From Scyliorhinus canicula (Eukaryota): DNA of 64,000 bases. The notes under the pieces were generated by a model, which saw only the letters and a program-made list of their open reading frames with translations, had not been told where the DNA came from and ran no database searches. Below, piece after piece: positions 1-11,752 of this stretch. Every line of letters starts with the position of its first letter. Positions within the stretch are counted from its first letter, which is position 1. The position numbers and the translations under genes were made by a program. The DNA lies in assembly GCF_902713615.1 (NCBI RefSeq), contig NW_024055443.1, forward strand, positions 124,001-188,000, given 5' to 3'.

Positions 1-670
1 TATCCGTGTTACTGACCAGAGGCGGAGTGTGCTGACTCAATATCTGTGAGCTCATGAGGCCCAGCTGCAAAACACCAGGAAGAGGCTCGATGATCCGGAG
101 GAGAGAATCCTGAACATTCAGCAAGATGCCTCCTCAACGGAGGCAAGAATTCAATCCTTTGAGAACCAGCCGAGTGGCTGGCGGAGGTCCTAGAGGATTT
201 GGAGAACCGAGTGTCAGAGAAAGAACATCCGAGTTGGCGGCCTGTCAGAAGGTGTGGATGGTAAGGCTCCCGTTAGTTCTTCGAGGACCGGAAGCCACGT
301 TTTCTCAAGCTGGATGTGAAGCCTGGGTGTTTCAAATTAGAAAGGATGTATCGTATCCTGTCCCTGAGGCTGAGGGATAGTTTTCATCCCAGGCCTATAA
401 TCATTTACTTCCACAACTGGAAAGATCGCCAGAATGTCCTGGAGAGGGAACGGTGAGGTGGCGTCTGGCTCCAGAAGAGAGGGAGGATTTAGGACTTTCG
501 GCAGCAACACAAACAAAGTGTCGAGGATTCGATGAAGTTCAAAGGCAGCTCAAGCCCGTGGGTCGTAAATTACGTCAGGCTTTATCCTGAGACCCCAAAA
601 ATGGTCTCCAACAACTCCATCAAGTCTTTCAATAATCCAACTATCGCCTTGGCCTTCATTAAATCCATGA
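1..670 (+). mobile_element. Decayed L1-clade LINE ORF1 (Transposase_22-like RNA-binding protein) fragment
   Basis: Frameshifted translation gives LEDLENR..KNIRVGGL.EG, PRPIIIYFHNWKDRQNVLE, DFSAATQ and LYP..KMV...KSF, all L1 ORF1p-like blocks. Confidence 0.75.
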
Positions 671-752
671 AGGGCCAGGATCTGGAGGGATGGTTTGCAG
701 CTCGGACTAACTCAGGTTCTAATCCGAACTCTTTCCCTGTCATGGTATACAA

Positions 753-981
753 TTTTTTTTAAATTTAGTGTACCCAATTCATTTTTTTTCCAATTAAGGG
801 GCAATTTAGTGTGGCCAATCCACCTAGCCTGCACACTTTTGGGTTGTGGGGCTGAAACCCACGCAGACATGGGGAGAATGTGCAAACTCCACACGGACAG
901 TGACCCTGAGCCGGGTTCGAACCTGGGCCCTCGGCGCCATGAGGCTGCAAGGCTAACCCCACTGCGCCACCGTGCTGCCCC
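753..981 (-). mobile_element. tRNA-derived V-domain SINE (HE1-like head) with short A-rich tail
   Basis: Minus strand starts GGGCAGCACGGTGGCGCAGTGGGGTTAGC (A box), has GGTTCGAACCC (B box) and the GGAGTTTGCACATTCTCCCC core, and ends in poly-A. Confidence 0.9.
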
Positions 982-1004
982 TGTCATATTATTGTCTGTA
1001 TTTC

Positions 1005-1400
1005 AGAATTACAGAAATACACATAGGGACAGGAGTAGGCCATTCAGCACCTCGAGTCTGTCCTGCCATTTAGTGAGATCATGGCTGATCTGTGATCTAA
1101 CTCCATATCCATTAATATCTTTGCTTAACAAAACTCTACCTCAGATTTAAACTTAACAACTGATGCAACTTCACCTGCTGTTTGTGGGAAAGAGTTTCAA
1201 ACCTCTCCCACCCTGTGTGTGAAGAAGTTCTTCCGAACATCTCTCCTGAATGGTCAAGCCCTAATTTTTAGACAATGATCCCTACTTTTGGAATCTCCAA
1301 CCAGTGGAAATAGTTTATCTTTATCTACCCTGTCTTTCCCTGTTAATATCTTAAATACTTCAATCAGATCACACCTTAACCTTCTAAATTCTACGGATCA
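1005..1400 (-). mobile_element. CR1 LINE 3' fragment
   Basis: Decayed RT C-terminus and 3' UTR motif (GAATGGCCTACTCCTGTCCCTATG on the minus strand). Confidence 0.75.
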
Positions 1401-1511
1401 CAGGCCGAATTTATGGTTAAAACTTTGGGTAAGAGCCACTGCAATCTCTCCCTCACCTCCCACAGCATCCTGGGACACAATTCATCCAGAATTAGTAATC
1501 TAATAATCTTC

Positions 1512-1796
1512 TGGGCGGCACGGTAGCATAGTGGTTAGCACTGGTGCTTCACAGCATCAGGGACTTGGGTTCGATTCCTGGCTTCGGAGTCTGCACGTTC
1601 TCCCCGTGTCTGCGTGGGTTTCCTCCAGGTGCTCCGATTTCCTCCAACAAGTCCGGAAAGTTGAGCTTGTTAGATGAATTGGACATTTTGAATTCTTCCT
1701 CTGCGTACCTGAACAGGCGAGTGGGGGATTTTCACAGCAACTTCATTGCAGTGTTAATTTAAGCCTACTTGTGACACTAATATTAAAGATTATTAT
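1512..1796 (+). mobile_element. V-domain SINE with (ATT)n-type tail
   Basis: GGGCGGCACGGTAGCATAGTGGTTAGC head, GGTTCGATTCC B box, tail TTCATTGCAGTGTTAATTTAAGCCTACTTGTGACA...GATTATTAT. Confidence 0.9.
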
Positions 1797-2164
1797 GAAT
1801 GGGCCAAAGGGCCTCTCTCTGTGCTGTAAAGAGAGGGAATGAATGAGAAGGACTTTACAGAGAAACTGACAAAGCCAAAACATTCACCAGCTCTAAGGAC
1901 ACACCTTAGCTCCCTTTCCAATCTGAAAGCAGCCTGAGCTGGATTTACATTCCCCTTAATTCATCATTGCTGGGTGATAATCCTGTACTTCCTTACCTCA
2001 CACCACTGTGACAGCACCTTCCCTACACAGACTGCAGCAACTGACCAAACATCACCTTCCCAGTTATTCCTGAAGGCACCGCCTTCCCAACCTGGCCCCT
2101 TGCCTGAGGTGTGGTGATCGTCAGGTCACATCACCGCCAGTCAGCTCTCTGTCCCGGGACCAGG

Positions 2165-2245
2165 CCCTGCGTCACAGCCACCAGCTTGGGGAAGCAGAGC
2201 GCATGCGCTGGCGTCCTGGTGATGCGACAGCTGGTGGGCGGGACC
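2165..2245. promoter_or_regulatory. CpG-rich promoter-like patch (NRF1 palindrome, GC box)
   Basis: GCGCATGCGC at 2199-2208, GGGCGGG at 2236-2242 and TGCGTCA nearby; motif match only. Confidence 0.35.
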
Positions 2246-2807
2246 TGAAGGTTTCTGTTCCCAGCCGGGTCCTAGTGCCCTGGGCATATTCCTAACAGAT
2301 CTTTCACCCACTCCCAGGCTGCAGCTGATGTTTGTAGCCTGGAGGTGTCTATGGATCACGGAGACATTCAGTGTGAGAGGCTGCAGCCTCTGTATAGCTA
2401 CCTGAAGGGGGTTATACAACGGTTGATTACATTTCGTGGTCCTTTCCCGTCCATTATCAGGATGTTTGTGTGATATTTTCTGACCCTCAGTGTGATATTT
2501 CTTTATTTAAAATACAGTTCAGCAGCAGGCTTACTGGTGATTTTTAAAGGAATAAAGGTTATTTATTTTCACAACCATTCCCTGGATGTTTGAGCATCTA
2601 AGTCTCTCGGCCCTTTCACTCACTGACACAGACACAGAAATTAGGTACAGATCAAGTTGAAGCTGTGATGATGAAAATGGAATGCAGACTGCAATCTTTA
2701 TATCGCTGCAGGTCTGATGTCTTCTTATTGAGCTGATCCTTTCGTTGGAGTGAAGCGTTTTTAATAGCAAATAATTCTCATGAGTCTCTGAAGCTTCTTA
2801 TCAGACC

Positions 2808-3232
2808 ATAAGACATAGGAGCAGAATTAGGCAATTTGGCCCATCGAGTCTGCTCCGCCATTCAATCGTGGTTTATATTGTTTCATCCCCCATTCCCCTG
2901 CCTTCTCCCCATAACCCGTGATTCCCTTATTAATAAAGAACCTATCTATCTCTGTCTTAAAGGCACTCAGTGAATTGGACGCCACAGCCTTCTGCGGCAA
3001 AGTGTTCCACAGATTCACCCCCCTCTGGCTGAAGAAATTCCTCCTCATCTGTTTTAAAGGATCATCCCTTTAGTCTGAGATGGTGTCCTCTGGTTCTATT
3101 TTTTGCTGCAAGTGGAAACATCTTCTTCATGTCCACTCTATCCAGACCTCGCAGTATCTTGTAAGTTTCAATAAGATCCCCTCACATCCTTCTAAACCCC
3201 AACGAGTACAGACCCAAAGTCCTCAAACGTTC
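2808..3232 (-). mobile_element. CR1 LINE ORF2 C-terminus plus 3' UTR
   Basis: ORF 2827-3048 reads RRNFFSQRGVNLWNTLPQKAV...FKTEIDRF, the typical CR1 ORF2 end. Confidence 0.9.
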
Positions 3233-3821
3233 TTGTAGATGAATAGCCAGGAGGTTGGTTCTCAGGTGGACTTGGAAGCTGGAATAAGTTCAGTCCTGTG
3301 GCTGCATTGGGAGACATTCAGCTCTGCTGGTTCAGCTGGTTCCTGGTGCTTCAGATGCTTCTCACACACACACATTTGTTTTGTCCAGGGTTTATTATAC
3401 TGCATCCCTGCCAATTAACTGCAGGGTTAAAACTTTGGGGCCCAGAACACCCCGATACAATAGCAGTTTACGATGCTCACTCACGCTTATCCCTGTCCAA
3501 ATTCAAGGTCATTCTCCTGTGTTCAATACGGCACTTGGAGACCAACAGTCCAGAAATTTCATATTCCTCAAATGCTGGTTCATCCTGACACAACGACACA
3601 TTTAAACTTCACAGGTGGCTGCAAAGTTTCCTTATTCAGGTCCGTATTTAACTAAATATTGGTCACAGCATCGAATATTGCCCACCGTTTAATGTCCACA
3701 GTAACCTGTTAAGTTGCAGCCACTTTGGCAGAGTTTGTGGATCTGACAATCTATATTATCTAATATTCTTGTGCTGAGCGTGAATCTACTTTGAGTCTGA
3801 TTAAAACAGTGCATTGTAGCT

Positions 3822-4109
3822 GGGTGGTGTAGGATAGCACTGTTGCTTCACAGTTTCAGGGTCCCAGATTCGATGCCCAGCTTGGGTCACTGTCTGTGTG
3901 GAGTCTGCACGTTCTCCCCGTGGGTTTCCTCCGGGTGCTCCGGTTTGCTCCCACAAGTCCCGAAAGACGTGCTGTGAATTGAACATTCTGAATGCTCCCT
4001 CTGTGACCCAACCATGCGCCGGAGTGTGGTGACGAGGGGCTTTTCACAGTAACTTCATTGCATTGTTAATGTAAGCCTACTTGTGACAATAAAGATTATT
4101 ATTATTATT
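3822..4109 (+). mobile_element. V-domain SINE with GTGACAATAAAG(ATT)n tail
   Basis: Same family as 1512-1796; ends GCCTACTTGTGACAATAAAGATTATTATTATTATTA. Confidence 0.9.
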
Positions 4110-4302
4110 ATGGAGGGGGTGGGCGGTTACTCTGGCTGCCGACTTCTGTTCTGTGGTCTTGTCTATTCCCAGTGGTCTTGCAGAGGGAGCATGTGGTATC
4201 CACCGGAATGCGTGACACCTTCCACACCCAGTGGATACCTCAGCGGACAGAGTGTTTCAGAGACACTGGGGACAATATTCTGGTTCAAAACTTCTTTTTC
4301 AG

Positions 4303-4550
4303 GCATTAGAACGGGAGATTTGGCAGCTGGGCAACTCGAACCAAATATAACATCAAGATCTGACTCAATTCATTAGGACCTACATATCACAAACTGTCAA
4401 TGGGTTTGTCTGTTCTGACTGTGGGAAGCGATTTCAAACATCAGTGTGACTGGAAAAGCCCCGAGACCCACACACACCTGAGTGAGAGTGTTCCAGTGAA
4501 CTGACTGTGGAAAGAGCTTTAACCAGTTACACAGCCTGAAAAATCATCTT
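4303..4550 (+). pseudogene. Truncated C2H2 zinc-finger gene exon relic
   Basis: Acceptor CTTCTTTTTCAG at 4291-4302; FVCSDCGKRF (4405-) followed by a stop; VFQ*TDCGKSFNQLHSLKNH with the first Cys codon changed to TGA; interrupted by CR1 sequence. Confidence 0.75.
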
Positions 4551-4933
4551 GTTTCATCTTGTGGGACAGTCTGGGACCAGAGGGCATAATCTCAGAGTAA
4601 GAGGTCTCAAATTTAGGACAGAGGTGAGGAGACATTTCTTCCATCAGAGGGTAGTGAATCTGTGGAATTCTTCAGCTGTGCAATCATTCTGTCTCTGGAG
4701 TTTACCATAAAAAGGCAAAGGTGAAGGTGTCGTAACCCGGATGGGCCGCTTGGTGGCGCAGCGGCTCTTTCACTGAGGGGCCTTGAGTTCAGACATATCC
4801 CAGACAGGCCTGGTGAGAAATATCTGTCTGGGAAAGGGGAGAAAACGGTATAATCGGGGAAATGGAGCGCTGCCGATGGACCTGAGAGAAAGGAGTTCAG
4901 ATTAGACTTGTTTTCTTCATTTTCCATTTAATA

Positions 4934-4974
4934 TTTATTAAAATTTCAGAGAAAATATAGCACAAAAGTTTATT
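4934..4974 (-). terminator. Poly(A) signals of the membrane-form mu mRNA
   Basis: AATAAA on the minus strand at 4969-4974 and 4934-4939, about 400 nt after the TM2 stop. Confidence 0.55.
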
Positions 4975-5379
4975 CTGATGTTTACAAAAGGGAACATAAC
5001 GATTGAGGGTCACAGTGAGAACAGAACACATGCCCTCTGAGCTGCCAAATGTATGTACAACTGTAACAGACACAAGAGAGAACAGGAGCTCAACATAAAG
5101 AGAAGGTAACTGTTGTAAATAAGGTACGAGGTAAGTTACTTATTTAGATATGACATTGAGAGAAATTATTAACTACAATTACATTACAGCCAAAATTATC
5201 TCGTACATTTTAAACTGAAAAGCAGAAATACTGTCCATGATTGTCTCAGTTACAGATGCAGAATAATAAACTGAGAGAATTTTACTGTGAGAGTCACCAA
5301 GAGGAGATATTGTATTTGTGTCACACACAGATCATAATAAACAGCTGAGGGAAATCTACAGCGTCCGAACGTCAACCGA

Positions 5380-5388
5380 TCACTTGAT
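5380..5388 (-). CDS. IGHM: IgM heavy chain TM2 exon coding part (I-K-stop)
   Basis: TTTTCTCTCTCTTTTACAG|ATC AAG TGA; phase-0 140-bp intron from TM1; gives a KIK cytoplasmic tail (KVK in mammalian mIgM). Confidence 0.9.
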   Translation of the reverse strand: MK

Positions 5389-5528
5389 CTGTAAAAGAGA
5401 GAGAAAATGATGAAGCAGATGTTTATGATCTGGGACATTGATGTTAGAGTTTTTAATCAATCAAACATTTAGAGATGTTTTAAACGGCCTCTGTCAGTTT
5501 GAAGTGTGAGTGGATTGAATCTTCTCAC

Positions 5529-5656
5529 CTTCACCAGAGTGACTGCAGCGCTGTAGGAAATGCTCAGGAAGAACAGGGTGATGAATGTGGAAGCGGTTGT
5601 CCAGATATTCCCGTTATCATCCTCATTGTCTTCAGTCCAGGTGTTGTCTGTGGTAT
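5529..5656 (-). CDS. IGHM: IgM heavy chain TM1 exon
   Basis: TCTTCGTAG|AT ACC...GTG AAG|GTGAGA; (D)TTDNTWTEDNEDDNGNIWTTASTFITLFFLSISYSAAVTLVK with the conserved WTTASTF..LF.LS..YS motif; not in the ORF track. Confidence 0.95.
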
Positions 5657-5818
5657 CTACGAAGATCGAGCCAAATATAATTAGTTTGTTTATTAATCCA
5701 GGATATGTTTTTTAATATTCTCGTTTCATTTTCTCACTCTGCTAATTCATTCTTTAATATATTTGTCATTGCATATCTACTGTTGAGTTCATGACACTCG
5801 GAAATCGATCTCTGTAAC

Positions 5819-6006
5819 TTTTTTCTTCCAATTAAGGGGCAATTTAACATGGCCAATCCACCTACCCTGCACATCTTTGGGTTGACGGCGTGAGACCCGC
5901 GGGTCACGGGGATACTCCACTGGGACAGAGACCCAGGAGCGGGATCAACCCCAGGTCCATGGTGGCGTGAGGCAGCAGTGCTAACCACTATGCCACCGTG
6001 CCGCCC
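5819..6006 (-). mobile_element. V-domain SINE, A-rich tail type
   Basis: Same family as 753-981. Confidence 0.85.
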
Positions 6007-6009
6007 TTG

Positions 6010-7340
6010 CCTGACGTTTGTGTTTGTTCTTTAGCTTTTGTGTCTGTGTGGATGCGAAATTCGTAATTCTTTACTCTTCATTTGTGTGTCCCGATGTCTT
6101 TATAAGTGTCATTGTGTGTGTTCATGTGTCAAGGAGTATTGATCTGTGTATTTGTGTGTCAGCGCCTGTGTGAACTTTGTTTATCTTCTGTTAATGTGTA
6201 CATATGAGTGTTTTATTGTGTGTGTTTGTGTGTTGAAGTCTATGTTTATATATTAATGCCTATGTCAATATAAGTTTATACTTCCCTGTCCAGTAATGAA
6301 AGTGTTAATGTGTCTTTGTACGTTCAACATGCATGTCAGTGTCTTAATGTTTGTGTCTGGATAAGTGCGTTTGTGTGTGTGTGTGTTTGTTGATGCGTGT
6401 ATTTCTTCATAGAATCATCATTAAATATAATCCCTACTGTGCCGAACGAGGCCATTCGGCCCATTGTGTCTGCACCGACCCTCCGAAAGAGCACTCTGCC
6501 TGGACGCATGCCCCTGCCCTTTGCCGAGAACCCCGTAATCCCAACTAACGTTGTGGGCACTAAGGGGTAATATAGCCTGGCCAATCCACCGAACCTGCAC
6601 ATCTTTGGACTGTGGGAGGAAACTAGAGCACGCGGAGGAAACAGAAACAGACCCGGCAGAACGTGGGAACTCCACACAGACAATCACCCAAGGCTGGAAT
6701 TGAACCCGGGATTATGGCGCTGTGCGGCAGAGGTGCTATTTATGCGTTGATGTTTGATTATAACTATCTATTGATGTGTGTTGATGACTCTATGTGTATT
6801 CATATGTGTTCGTGTTAGCGTGTGTACGAGTCAGCTAATATGTATCTACGTGTGTCCGTTAGTGTGGATTATTGTCTCTGTTTGAATGGAAATATTTCTG
6901 TCATCGTGAAATTCTGCTAATTTACATGTTATTGGTTACATTTCTGTTTCATATTCTTCTGTCAGCCTGCTTGTCTGGTTGTATATGTCTGTGTATCTGT
7001 GTGGACATGTGGTTGTATATGTCTGTGTACATGCGTGTACCCACTTGTGTGTGTGGAATTATGTTTGTATGTGTGGATGTGCACGTGAGTCTGTGTGCTT
7101 CTAAACATGTGCTTTTTGTGTTTATGTGCATGCTTGTGAATTTTTGTGCACATTTGCGTGTGTTTTTGTGTCAAAATATGTGTGGTCCGTTGTGCCTGGG
7201 TGTATGTTTGTGCATGTGTTTCTATGTGTGTGTCCATGTGTGTGTTTGTGTCTACTTGTGAGCGTGTGTGTGTTTCTGGGTCTGTGTGCATGTGTGTGTG
7301 TCTGTTTATCTGTCTGTGTATTTGTATCAGCTGCCTGTAG
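6010..7340. repeat. Degenerate (TG)n low-complexity tract
   Basis: TG-rich sequence generating spurious CV/HT-rich ORFs. Confidence 0.9.
6410..6740 (-). mobile_element. HE1-type SINE with CR1(HER1)-derived tail
   Basis: The minus strand ends GGGCCGAATGGCCTCGTTCGGCACAGTAGGGATT; V-domain core present. Confidence 0.85.
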
Positions 7341-7859
7341 CTTTGCCAGTTGTGGGTATTATTGATACCGATGTAGAATATGTTGCACTTTCTGCTTATA
7401 AATGTGTTTCCGTGAGTTGCAAGCTGACATCAGGTGACCTAATGCAAAAACACAAGGAGGCTCCTCGGGAGAGAACAGTGAAAACCCAGAGAGAATTCAA
7501 TCACCAGTCTGGATTTGGATTATGGGGAATCGGTTTTAGCATACGGATAAGAGGAACAAGGGTGCTAAAAAAATTATGTTGCATAAATAGATATTTTAAG
7601 AACATCTTTATAATGTTTCAGCCTGTAAATTACATGGCGTCTTGTAATGTCAGTAACTGAGTTCTTAGTCCAGACAACCGTTTACTTCCAAACTCCCTGC
7701 TTGGGGACTGGGAAGATATTGAGTTAATAATCTCCCTCTCTCTGGTCAGGTCAGCAAATTGCCTTTGGGTTCTCCCTGTTGGAGGTGGAGATACAGAGAG
7801 TTCACTCGTCACCTTCCTCCTCTTGTGGTTGGGAAAGTGGAGGTAAAATGGGTTAGTAT

Positions 7860-8730
7860 TGCCCCTTTGCTCTCTTTGTTGGGGAAGTGGGGAGGCAGTG
7901 GATTAAATAATGTCCTTCCACTCATTGTTGGAAGCGGGTGTCCAGTGGAGTAACTAATGAACACCCCCTCATTGTTGGAAGCGGATGTACAGTGGATTAA
8001 CTAATGTACCCCCCCCCCCCTCATTGTTGGAAGCGGATGTACAGTGGATTAACTCAGCCCACCACCGTCTCTTTGTTGGGGAAGTGGGGGCACAATGTGT
8101 TAACTAATGCTCCTCCCCTCGCTTTGCTGGGGAAGTGGGGGCACAGTGTGTTAACTAATGCTCCCCCCATCGCTTTGCTGGGGAAGTGGGGGTACAGTGT
8201 GTTAACTAATGCTCCTCCCCTCGCTTTGCTGGGGAAGTGGGGGCACAGTGTGTTAACTAATGCTCCTCCCCCCGCTTTGCTGGGGAAGTGGGGGTACAGT
8301 GTGTTAAGTAATGCCCCAACCCCTCTCTTTGTTGGGGACGTGGGGAGACAATGGATTAACTAATGCCCCTCTCTTTGTTGGTGAAGTGGGGGTACAGTGC
8401 ATTAGCTAAAGCCCCTCCCACTCTCTCTGTTGGTGAGGTGGGGTACAGTGGATTAACTAATGCCCCTCCCCCTCTCTTTGTTGGCGAAGTGGGGGTACAG
8501 TGGATTAACTAAAGCTCCTCCCACTCTCTCTTGGGGAAGTGGGGGTACAGTGAATTAACTAAAGACCCTCCCCCTCCCTCTATTGGGGAAGTGGGGGTAC
8601 AGTGGATTAACTAATGCCCTTCCCCCTCTCTCTGTGGGGGAAGTGGGTGGGTGGGTGGGGAGACAGTGGAATAACTAATACCCCTCCCGCTCTCTCTGTT
8701 GGGGAGGTGGGGGTACAGTGGATTAACAAT
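7860..8730. repeat. 51-bp G-rich minisatellite in the Cmu4-TM1 intron
   Basis: TAACTAATG recurs at 8101 and 8152 (period 51); unit approx. TTAACTAATGCTCCTCCCCTCGCTTTGCTGGGGAAGTGGGGGCACAGTGTG. Confidence 0.9.
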
Positions 8731-9079
8731 TTCACTTTCCCCTCTTTTTGACTGGAGATTGTTGGTCCATGTTTCTGTGTGACCCACAAATCAGTTCCCA
8801 GTGGGTCTCATGCAGCATTTTAAAGCTGACATTAATTTTAAAGGGATGGACAATGAGAGAAGCAGGAACACCGAGGTCTAAATGTGATCGGTTTGTTTGT
8901 CTGAAATGAGAAATTGTCCGATTTCTCCTCAGCTGGAGGAAAGTCAATGAAGATATTTTGCTGAATCCTGGAATGAATGAGTTTTACTCTGTCTCTAACC
9001 CAGGGTGTTTCCGAGCTGAGAGCTCTGGTTGTATCAGACTTGGGGCTGAGACCTGTAGAAATCCGGGTCTCATTGACCA

Positions 9080-9262
9080 GGGACTGGTTTAGCACAGGGC
9101 TAAATCGCTGGATTTTAAAGCAGACCAAGACAGGCCAGCAGCACGGTTCAATTCCCGTACCAGCCTCCCCGAACAGGCGCCGGAATGTGGCGCTGAGGGG
9201 CTTTTCACAATAACTTGACTGAAGCCAACTTGCGACAATAAGTGATTTTCATTTCATTTTCA
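9080..9262 (+). mobile_element. Short tRNA-derived SINE with (CATTT)n tail
   Basis: GGGACTGGTTTAGCACAGGGCTAAATCGC head, GGTTCAATTCC B box; related copies at 34360 and 40764. Confidence 0.85.
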
Positions 9263-9335
9263 GATCTAACATCAGTAAAGTGGAAACACCATTAATCAAG
9301 CAGCTGTATTTTAAATCACAATTAGAGGAAACGTT

Positions 9336-9350
9336 TTTATTATTTTTATT
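9336..9350 (-). terminator. Poly(A) signals of the secretory mu mRNA
   Basis: Two AATAAA on the minus strand (9345-9350 and 9336-9341), 28-37 nt after the stop codon. Confidence 0.85.
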
Positions 9351-9377
9351 TTAGTTCGAAATATAATCAATAGATTT

Positions 9378-9769
9378 TCATTGACATGAATTAACGGTGT
9401 CCATCAGAGCGAGGGAAATGTTCACAAAACTGGGTTTACCGCTGGATTTATCAACCGTTCTGTTGATGATCTTCAAGGGGATGGCTTCATGTCCCACCAC
9501 ACAGGAGTAAGAAGCGCCGCTGGCCCACTCCTCCGCTGCAATGGATAACAGGCTGTACATGAAGAAGGAGCTATTGCCGTTCTCCGCCATCACCTCGGTG
9601 TTCTTGTAGTTCCCGGGATTCACCGGCTTGTCATTGACGGTCCACTTGACGAAGATCTCTCGGGGGGAGAAACCTCTCACTAAGCAGCTGAGGGAGACGA
9701 ATCTCTGAGCGGAGACGTCTTCAGCCGAGGGCAGGAGGACAGAGACGGACGGTTCCCGCGGGTTGGGAT
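9378..9769 (-). CDS. IGHM: Cmu4 exon plus secretory tailpiece; internal donor at 9440/9439 for the TM splice
   Basis: TTCTGCAG|AT CCC...; [40 protein letters not shown]...[23 protein letters not shown]|[20 protein letters not shown]; NIS sequon, penultimate Cys; AGCG|GTAAAC is phase-compatible with TM1. Confidence 0.97.
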
Positions 9770-10075
9770 CTGCAGAAAATGTACAATAAATGTCAATAAA
9801 ATGGGGAATTCCGGAGACAATGGAACCGCGGGTTAGATGTGAGAGAAATGTGTTTTGTGTTGGATTTTAAAGGTTTCCATTTTCCACTTTAGGATCTGTC
9901 CGGGTTCCCAGCTCGGAGCAGAGGTGGACACAACCTTTTCCCTGAGAATTTACGGATATTGGATTCGAAATTTTCAGAAAGTGTACAGCAGGGAAACAGG
10001 CCATTCGGCCCAACTGTTCTGTGCTGGTGTCTAAACTCCACACCAGGCTCCTCCCACCTTACTCCCAGAGGATTG

Positions 10076-11175
10076 GGAAACTGCCAATGTGACACCCTTA
10101 TTCAAAAGGGAGGGAGACAAAAACAGGTAACTACAGTATAGGCCAGTGACCTTAACATTTGTCAGTGGGAAACGGTTTGAGTCCATTATAACGGATCCAA
10201 TAGCTGAGCATTTAGAAATACACAATATAATCAAACAGAGTCAGCCCGGCTTCGTGAAGGTGAAATCATGCCTGACAAATTTATTGCCCTTATTTGAGGG
10301 GATAAGGAGAAAGCTAGAAAAAGGGGGGCAGTAGATGTAATATACATAAATTTCAAAACTGTGTTTAATAAATGAATGTACTATTCTCACGGCTGCAGAT
10401 GACAAAAATATAAAGACAAGTGGTGAGGTTACAGAAAATCTAGAGAGGGACAGAGACAGCTTAAGTTACTGAGTAAAAACTTGGCAGGTGGAACATAATG
10501 TTGAGAAATGTGAGGTGAGACACTTTGGTAGGAGGAGGAACATAACGGAATATTATTTAGCTGGAAAAAGACTGCAGGAAGCTGAAGTAACGGGGGAATT
10601 GGGGGTCCTCGCGCAGAAACCACAAAACGCAAGTTCTGCAGGTAATATGGAGACAATTTGAATGTTGACATTTATTTCAAAGGGAATAGAATATAAACAT
10701 GTGGAAGTCGAGCTAAAACTATACAAGGCATTAGTTAGACTACACCTGATATACTTTGAATAGTTTTGGTGCCCTTATCTAAGGAAGACAGATTGGTTTT
10801 GAAGGCAGTCCAGAGATGGATCACGATGTTGATCCCGAGTATGGAGGGATTTTCTTATGGGGAGAGGTTAAATAGGCTGGGCCTGGACTGATTGGAGTTT
10901 AGAAGAATGAAGGCGGCCTAATTGAGACATGAAAGATTCTCAGGGAGCTTCGGAGTGTAGTCACTGTGAGATTGTTTTCCCTTGTGGGAGCATCTCGGAC
11001 CCGAGTGCAGGATCACATAGTCAATGTTCGCCCATTTAAGACAGAGATGAGAAGGAATTTCCTCTCTCAGAGCGTCGGGGAGCTGTAGAATTATTTAACA
11101 CAGGGGGCTGTAGATTCTGGGTTGTTCAGTATGTTCAAGGTTGAGTGAGACATATTTTAAACCAATGAGAGATAT
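10076..11175 (+). mobile_element. Decayed CR1 LINE ORF2 fragments in the Cmu3-Cmu4 intron
   Basis: ANVTPLFK, QSQPGFVK.KSCLTNL and later RT C-terminal blocks, with stops and deletions. Confidence 0.85.
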
Positions 11176-11179
11176 GGGA

Positions 11180-11418
11180 TTGGATTTTGTTTATTGTCAC
11201 GTGTACCGAGGTACAGTGAAAAGTATTTTTCTGCAAGCAGCTCAACAGATCATTCAGTACATGAAAAGAAAGGGAAATAAAATAAAATACATAACAGGGC
11301 AACATAAGGTACACAATGTAACTACTTAACACCGGCATCGGGTGAAGCATACAGAGGTGTAGTGTTAATGAGGTCAGTCCGTAAGAGGGTCGTTTAGGTG
11401 TCTGGTAACAGCGGGAGA
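11180..11418 (-). mobile_element. Rex1/Babar-type LINE 3' end
   Basis: Minus strand PAVTRHLN..* followed by a UTR ending CTGTACCTCGGTACACGTGACAATAAA. Confidence 0.65.
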
Positions 11419-11752
11419 AGGCGGGAAAGACGAGTTGAAGATCATCACATCAGATCAGTTATGATCTCATTGAAGGCTGGATCAGTGTTGTTGGGCTGAA
11501 TGGCCTACGTCTGCTCCTACGTCTTGTGGCCATTGGTCTAGCTCCGTCTAAACCCCATATCACTGCTTTTAATTCATTGTTCCTTCATCTACGTAGCAAT
11601 TTCCCCCTTAAGATCAACAGGCCCAAAATGTTTAGTCGTGGAATTACCAATCAGAATGGACCATAAATACACTGAATACTAAATACTGACCGCTGCACTG
11701 ACACTAGAAATAGACACAATGACTCACTTATTGCTTCAGTTTCACCGCTCAC

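Noticed and set aside
2659-2724. Possible C/D box snoRNA (GTGATGA...CTGA)
   Set aside because: Only about 53 nt, weak terminal stem, no recognisable guide and no host intron.
9080-9170. tRNA gene
   Set aside because: A/B boxes are SINE heads: no cloverleaf, and each continues into a SINE body and tail. The same holds for all such heads in the window.
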